The notes beneath the pieces were generated by a model. It did no database searches. It saw only the letters and a list, made by a program, of their open reading frames with translations, and was not told where the DNA came from. The translations under genes and the position numbers were made by a program. Positions 52,502 through 61,500 of a stretch of DNA of 64,000 bases are shown piece by piece. Numbering within the stretch: the first letter of the stretch is position 1; every line of letters begins with the position of its first letter. This DNA comes from Vicugna vicugna (taxonomy: Eukaryota): assembly GCA_013265495.1 (NCBI GenBank), contig MU058463.1:3990244-4054243 (forward strand). The letters run 5' to 3'.

Positions 52502-55500
52502 AGAGAAGGAAAGAACAATAGTGAGTGAGTGTCTGAGAGCAAGGACAGTTCGTGGTAGCCCCTGCCACTCCCATATCTGCAGCACAGGCAGGAGAGAGAG
52601 CTGTGAATGAATTTGCATGCTGACATCATGCATTCACTCACCAGGAAACTGCAACCCTCATAAATGTGTATGCCCCAAATCACAGTTTCAAAACATCTGC
52701 ACAAAATACTGACAGAACTAAAGGGAGAAGTAGACAAATTCATATTGATAGTGTTGACAGTTGGGGACTTCAGTGCTCCTCTTTTCGGTAATTGGTAGAA
52801 CAGCTAGACAGAAAGAATCGGTCAGGATACAGAAGATTTGAACAACACTGTCCACCACCTTGGCCTCACTGGCATTTATAGAACGAAATGTGCAAGCGCA
52901 GTATCCATACTCTTGTCAAGTATACATGTGACGTTCACAAAGGTAGATCAGATGCTGGGCCATAAAATGAGTCTTAGTAAATTTCACACGATAAAAATCT
53001 TAAAGTTTTTTTGGACCTCAATAGAATTAAATTAGAAATTAATAGCAACATATATCAAGGAAAACACCAAATATTTGGAAAATAAACTCTTCTGAGTAAA
53101 CAGTGAATCAAAGAAGAAATCCAAAGGAAATTAGAAATTTTTTACACTGAAGATAAAATATAACATACCAAAATAGGTGAGAAGTTGCTAATGTGTTGCT
53201 TAGAGAAAAATTCAGACTTTTAAATGGTTATACTGACAAAGAAGAATGGTTTAAAATTGGCGATCTAGGTTTCTACCTTAAGAAGCCAGAAAGAAGAGCA
53301 AATCAAATCCAAAGTAATAAGAAAGTCATAAAGATAAGGGAAGGAAATAATAAATATAAGAGAAGAAATCAATGAACTAGAAAAAAGAGAAAATTAATGA
53401 AGTCAAAAATTGGTTCTCTGAAAATAAAACAAAATTTTAAAACTTCTAGCAAGTCTGATTGAGGTGGAAGAGAGCAAGAAAAAACATAAAATACCATTAA
53501 GGAATATCACTTTAGATCCTACAGATATTAAAATGATAATAAGGGAACTTTATGAACAACTTTATACCAATAAATTATAACTTTAGATGAAGTAGACAAA
53601 TTTCGTGAAAAATACAGCCTAACCAAAAGTGGCACAAGGAATAGAAAAATCTGAATGACCCTATCATATCCACTAAAACAATTGAATTCATTATCAAAAA
53701 CTTTGCTACAAAGAAAACTCCAGACCCAGATACTGTCATTGGTGAATTCTGTTAAACATATAAGAAAGAAGTGATATCAATCTTTTACAGCCTCTTTCAG
53801 AAAATACAGGCGACAACACTTTCCAACTTAATTTATCATTAGCCTTATCCTGATACCAAAATCTGATAGATATTAAAAGAAAAAATTATTACAGACAAAT
53901 ATTACCCAGAAAGAGAGATGCAGAAGTTCTGGACAATATTATCAAATCAAATCCAACAATATTAAAAAGTGTATTATATACCAAGTGGAGTTTATCTTAG
54001 AAGTGCAAGGTTAGTTTAACCCTTAAGATCAATGTAATTGTTATTTGTTTATTGTTATTTTATTCTTAGGAGAAATGAGGTAATAGGGTTTTTATTTATG
54101 TACTTATTTTTAATGAAGGGACTGGGGATTGAACCCAGGACCTTGTGCTTGCTAGGCACATTCTCTACCACTGAACTATACCCTCTTCCCCAATGTAATT
54201 GATATTTGAATTGATACTACAACTGTATTTCCTTTCAATAGATGTAGAAAAAGCATCTGATAAAATTAGTACTTAGTAATGAAAACTCAGCAAACTAGGA
54301 CTTAAGGAAACTTTCTCAATCTGATAAAGGATACCTACCAGAAACATCTACAGCTAACATACTTATGGTGAAATACTGATTGTTCCTCTAAGTTTGGGAA
54401 CAAGGCACAAGATAAACTGTATGATGTGATGACAATTTTGTGACCTTAGTAAAATGTTACTATAGTAGCATAATAACATTATGCTACATTGACCTGAAAA
54501 AATGTCATAGTAGCACAGATTACAATTTAAATCATTTATTTATTAGTGCTTATCACTGGAAGTGACTTTGATATATAGTAATTGGGGCCTTTTTGATACC
54601 TTTCTTGGAGAATAGTGCTAGTAAAGAATGTGAGTCTGAGGATATGAAAACACATAAAGAGTACAGGAAGCTGATTTTCCTTGACCATATTTAATAATTT
54701 ACCAGCTTCATTGGGTGTTAACTTAAACAATTGTGTTTAAAAGTGTTGATATAATACTTTTTTTTAATTGGATTATAGTCAGTGATATAATACTATCTTA
54801 TAACAAGACAATCATTACCAGTAACTGAGTGCTAGAAGATTTGTGTATGATTTAAAAGGTTGTGTACCTTTTATATATCCAGAAACTTGGGTTATACTGA
54901 TGCAGTATTTCTTTGGTGGGGTGCATATTTTTGTTTTTAAAAGGATATCCAGGAGGCAAACTTCAAGACATCAAGTAGCCGACTCCTTGCAGCTGTGATG
55001 TCAGCTCTGTGTCACACCTCTGTTAAGCTGACTTCTATCTTCCCTATTGCGTATGATGGAGAAGTACTACTGCGATCAATTGTCAAACAAGTTAGCACAG
55101 AGAATGACTCAACACTGGTTCACCGTTTTCCCCTTTTGGTGGCACATATGGAAAAACTCAGCCAGGTGAGTCTCCTGAAAAATCTTTTATATTGAAACAA
55201 TAAAACCATAATTGGAGACATATTTATCTTGGTGCTTTTTCTTCTGTATCAGAAAGTATATTTACCAAACAATTATGAGTTTTATAAGAAGAACTAAACT
55301 TAAGAAAAAAATTTTCTCATGTTTACCTATAAGTGAACAATCTTTTTTCTCTAATTTTTAATTTTGATAGATCCTTAATCTATAAAAAACTTGAGAGAGT
55401 TATGTAGTGAATTCCTGTATTTTTGTGTTTTGCTGTACCATGTAAAAGTTGCAGATACTATGAGCAAACTTTTATATTCTAATACTGTATTTTAGATTGC

Positions 55501-58500
55501 CAAGATAGAATTTTGGAAAAATAAATAATTTTTAAAACTTTTTTCCTGTAACATTTTGGTATATTAGAGTAAGCATTATGAAACAATAGTCATAGAGAAC
55601 ATTCTTTAGTAACTGCTTCTGATTTTTTAGAAAACACTATGGAGAAAAATTAACTTAAATACATATGAAATTCATATATAATTACTACCAAGTTAATGAG
55701 GAGTAATGTTTAAAATAAAAGCAAAAAAAGAAATAGAAAATAGAAGTTATCCTAATTATTATACAGTAGCAATTTTCTGTTGACTGAAGCAATAGAAAAA
55801 TTCTGAGAAAAATTTCAATGACATATAGATACAAAAAAAGACAATAGTGGAAAAGGAATACAATTTTCAGAGTTAATATATCTTCGTAGGATCCCAGCAG
55901 AAATCATAACAATAAATTTAAGAAGGACTTTAGAGAATAAGCCAGCATGGGAAAAATTTCAGCCTTACTAGTAATTAAGTGTGGATGAAAGTTCTATTCA
56001 GATATCAATTTATATGTAAAAAATTAGGAAAAATAAATTCTTAAATATTAAAAATCATTTTTGAGAATTAATATTTGGTAATTATTTAAATTAATAGTTA
56101 TATATTTGTGTGTCTGTATTAACATTCTGTGAAGATATATCCTGGTTAGTCTATATTCTTCTACCCTCTTTTTAATGGACAATGTATAATTATACCATTT
56201 GGGTGTAGCATAATTTAGTCAATTAGTCTTTTTTATATACATATAAAATATAGGTGGATGGAAGATTACACACATATATACATATATGCAGATTTTTCCC
56301 AGGATTTTAGTACTTTAAAGAATGGTGCTGAAAATATCGTTTACTAAATTTTTTTGCGTATACATGATGATTTTTCCAGAATAAATCTTCAGGAGTGGAA
56401 AAATTCTAAAGTCAAAGGAAATTAGGTTAAGACTTGACCAAAAATTGCCAAAATGCCCTCCAGAAGGCTCGTGTCAGCTTGCATTCCCCACTACTAGTGA
56501 AGAAGAGTTCCTTTTTCTAAAATTTTAGTGGCCAGTAATGTGCTTTTACACACACACACACACACACACATATTTATTTTTTGGTCCTCCAACTAAAACA
56601 CATTGACACTCAACTTCATTTTAAGATTTTATGTGAAGTTTCTTGTATTAATCTTGTTAATTATTAATTAGAAACTAAGTGGACATTACTAAATAAATAT
56701 ACCACCCATCCCCCACGCTTTACTTCCCAAATAAAGCCCTTCCAGATTACTGATTATGGAGTACAGTTGGAGATAGAGTTTCAACCAAAGCTAATTTTCT
56801 GAGATGTTCCAAAAAGTAAAGTTTCCGGAGAATGAAAGTGATATAAGGGATAAAAGAATTGTAATTTTTACACAATTAAGAATTGATTATTTTAAAGCCA
56901 GGAAAACTAATTACATAAGATATTGACCTAAATGTTATGGCAATATTATTCAAAGATAGTAGAAATAACTTAAAGGTGAAAGATTATCTCCAAGTGACTT
57001 TTATTTTCAGCCTAAGATTGGACATTAAGAAAGTATGAAAGATTGTACACATTGTTGAGAGTGATTTATAACAACACTCACGATGATTTTAATTGAAAAG
57101 TTACTTAATTTTTTTCTAATGGATTGTAAGTACACTGATTTACAGATTTGATTTGTCTTGGAGGAATGATTTAACTTTAAGACCTTTTTTTCGGTGTGAA
57201 ATTTTATGACCTTATGAAATCTGTTGAATTTACAGTGTCTTGTGATGCAATATTGAATGTAAGAATTGTGAAAGAACTTGCTTGCTCGGGGGGCAGCAAC
57301 GTGTTTTTGATAACATAATCATAGCAAATGGTTCCCCTGATTTTACAGATGAGGTTGAAGCACTCTGGAAAAACTGAAACTGGATCTCAAATTGTTGATT
57401 CCCTAGTCCACAGGACAGCTGAAAGGGTCATTGTCACAACTGACCCCTTGATAAAATTGAATGACTCTTTCCCTCTGTTCACAGGGGGCCAAACAATATC
57501 AAGGATAGTAAAAGAGATAAATAATGTTTGTACTGAGTATCAATTAAATTACTTATCTTTCCCTTTTTTTGTCTGGAAAAAAAAGTATTTTCCCATTGGT
57601 CTTTAATGGGACTCTGTAATTTCTTATCTTGAAAGTTTTTTATTGATAGGGGTTGGAATTTCTTATCTTCACTTATGAAACCAAGTACAATAGAAATTGT
57701 AAAACTGCACAGGAATATGTGTTATAGAATTCCATTTTTTTATTACATCCATGACCAGAAAGAATTTTATTGGAAAATAGATTTGTATTGACTATTTCTC
57801 AGTTGCTTTGCTTTTAAAAAAAATACCAGAAATAATTATCTGTTTTGAATCTTGTTTTATAGAAAAAGCTTTTTAAATAGAGCTTTTTTTCCTGCTATAC
57901 ACAATTGTTATTGAAAAGTTACATAAGAGAGTAAATAAAAAGACTCAGGGTTAATAAAAACACAGACACCTTGTGAATGTGTAGTACATTTTTGCTACGC
58001 AGAGACTAATAACTTAAAAAAGAACTTCTAAGTGAAAAGTCGATTCTCCACATACAAGATATACGTGGATAGATATACAGCACAGGCTCAAGTCTGAATT
58101 TTAAAGGTGTCATCTAGAAAGGTAAGATTTTGCTGTTGAGTACTTACGTGAAGGAAAATAAAATGGTATCTTAAAGGTTTTTCTTTTCATGTGTCATAGA
58201 ATGAAGAGAATATCTCGGGGATGACGAGCTTCCGAGAAGTTCTGGAGAAGATGCTGGTCATTGTCGTGCTCCCAGTCAGGAACAGCCTGCGGAGAGAACA
58301 TGAGCTCTTCTCCTCCCACCTGGTCTCCAACACCTGCGGGTTACTGGCCAGCATTGTCAGCGAGCTGACGGCGTCGGCCCTGGGGTCTGAGGTGATGTTA
58401 CATTTTCATACTGGATCATTAGCACATGTTTAAGCTTTCCACATTGTTTCTTTATTCATATATTTTGGCTTTGTAGAAACTAATTTCAGTCCTACTGTGG

Positions 58501-61500
58501 GGTTTTGTTTTGTTTTGTTTTGTTTTACTTGCTTTTTTCCCCAGACAAAAGACCTTCAAGCTAGACTTTTTTTTTTTTCTCTCTTCCTTATAGCTCTTCT
58601 CTGTTCTTACTTGCTTCTTCTTTCTCGTCAGTTTACCCAGATTGTTGCACTAAAACAAAGTACACATCTTCCTCTTAACTGCCCCATCGCACAACCCACC
58701 ACCACGTCCTGATAAAAGCAAAAATAGTTTGTATTGCTGGGTAATAAAGTAGGATTGCTAATAATGAACACATGGTGTGGAAAAGGTAGAAGTTCAGATC
58801 TTAGCTTTGCTCACTTAATTGACTCTAGACAAACACATATATAAAATGGGAATAATAATTTTTATCTCACCTATATCACAAAGTTATTTTTAGTTGTATG
58901 AGTTAGATAACATAAAATTTACCATTCTAACCATATTTATGTGTACAGTTCAGTGGCATTAAGTACACCCACATTGTTGAACAGCCATTGTCACAGGTTT
59001 AAGTTTTTAAAGGATCAAGTATTAATACGTTTAAGAAACCCACTTGAAACATTTTAAAGTGCCTTTACATTTTTGTAATTATTTTTCACTATTTCATTAC
59101 CCTGCTCACTCTGTTTTATAATTTATCTAAACATTTGACTGAATTTGGTGAATGTTCCTATTTTTTTCCTAAAAATGGATGTAGATTGGTTGTGAAGATC
59201 ATGTCATAATGTGAAATACCTTTATCATTCAAATTAATGTTTAATAACCAGCTTGTTCTCAGTGGCCCCAGATCTCTCCTTTCTTTCCCAAGAACATCTT
59301 TTTTTCTATTTCCCTTCAGTAATTCCTATTCTTTGCTTTTTGTTACTTAAAGTTTTACTTCAGAAGCTATTTTAAATTAAATTCAGCCTACATACTACTG
59401 ATTCATAGTGAGAGTTTAGCCTTAGGATTTCTGAATAATTACACATGCACCTGAGCAGATTTTAGCATCTCATCCTGGCCTAGGAGGTCCCTGAAGCCCT
59501 TGTCAGAACATTTTAATTTTTTTTTCATGTATTCAGTCAGCTTATAGTATGTTTTCTTTCTGTACTAGATTCTGGAGAAAAAAGTCTATAATGCATAGGT
59601 CCCCCCCCAGAAGGTTACTATCTAGCTCTGAACTTATTTTTCTAATGAAAAGGAATGCCCACAATTTCAGGTGCCTAATATATAACCTTGGGAGTGTCTA
59701 AAGGTCCTGATTTAGACATCTGTATTTCTTTCTTTCCCAGAGGAGTTTGTAATTCTTGCTAGAATCATAAATTTCCATTTTTCACCTCTTGTAGATCTTC
59801 CTAACTTCTGCATCCAGCTTAGATCAGAAGTGGGCTCTATAATTTAGAAGAGTGGTTTCCAACCAAAATCAGTGCTCTGATCCTGTCTAATCAGTCTATA
59901 ATTAATGAGGTTGTGTGTGTATTTGTGTATATATTTTTTTTCAAATATTGACTGCCAAGTTATCATAATATACATTCGTGGTATTCAAACTTAGGGCCCA
60001 GAACACTTTTTGCAATGCAGTCTTAACTTGAAAACTCCCAGATGAAAGAAGGGATGGTCTGACTGAAGAGGGGAACCTTGAGTCTATGTGTCCAGAATTC
60101 CTGGAGTTCTCTGCAGCATGGTTTGGAAACAATTGGTCTGTAAGATATTGATGAAATTTTTGGTATCTCTTTGCAAAGTGAGTGATAATTCATATATTAT
60201 GACTGTAATAACTTAATCAGGTTATAGTTCTGACATAAATTATGTGAAATGTATAGTGTAATATGATTAAAAATACTGTCATGTGATACTGATTTGTGAA
60301 TTTAAAATAGTAAGATTAGATTTTATTCTTGGTTAATCTCTTACTGGACTATGCCGTTAGGAAGGTTTAAACCCACTTCTTAAAGGTAGGTTATTTTGTG
60401 GATGATCTTAGAAACTTTTGGACAGTTTTGTTAGGGATATATTATTAATGCTCAGAATTGTTTTTGTTCTTTATAGATTGATGGACTTAATTCTCTCCAC
60501 TCCGTTAAAGCCAGTGCTAACCGATTCACAAAAACAAGTCAGGGGAGAAGTTGGAATACTGGGAATGGGTCCCCAGATGCAATCTGTTTTTCAGTAGACA
60601 AACCTGGAATAGTTGTCGTTGGTTTTTCGGTCTATGGAGGAGGTGGAATTCATGAATATGAATTAGAAGTGTTGGTTGATGATGTAAGTACCACTCTTAT
60701 AGTGTTCATCTTGCTGTGTGAGTTGTGTGTCAGGACAGATCATCATTATCCAAAGACGATGGTTCACATCTTTGAGGGTTTAACAGATTAGTCATAGATG
60801 GACGACATTAGAGAAATTGAAAGGGAGCAATTCTAAATGGTTGCTTGTGTGCCATTTTGGATCACTCCTGCCTCATATTTTTTGTATTTCCAGGGAAGAT
60901 TTTAAATGAACAAACTAGAAATTATATAGCTAAACCTATGATTATAAATCTTGAGTAATTTTTTTGCTATTGTAATATTTCAAGAAATAAGAACAATATT
61001 TAGACTGATATTACCTGTATCAATGATTAAGCAGTTTTGTCAGAGTGCTAATGGATGATTCTTAGTAGAAGTGATATTTTGTTGATTGATACAGCTGTAT
61101 CTTGCTATATTCTCTACAAATTGTTTTACTTTATTTTTTAGTTTTTTTGTTTGGAGGGGGTAGATAATTAAGTTTATTTATTTATTTGTTTTTAAAGGAG
61201 GTGCTGGGGATTGAACCCAGGACCTCGTGCATGCTAAGCATGTGCTCTAGTGCTTGAGCCATATCCTACCCCCCTACACATTGTTTAAAGTCCGTGAGTT
61301 TTCACAAGGTTTTATTAAAATGAGACAAAGAGGTAATGTGTAAATCATTTGCTAATAAATAACAGTCTAGCTGTATCTTGATTCTTTTAGCAATTAGTTT
61401 AAATTAATTATTTCCCATCTTTATTAGGCTCTATAATTAAATATAGCATTCTTATGAAGAAGGGAGAATCATTTTAAGACAGGTGAGGAAAGTCTGTTTA

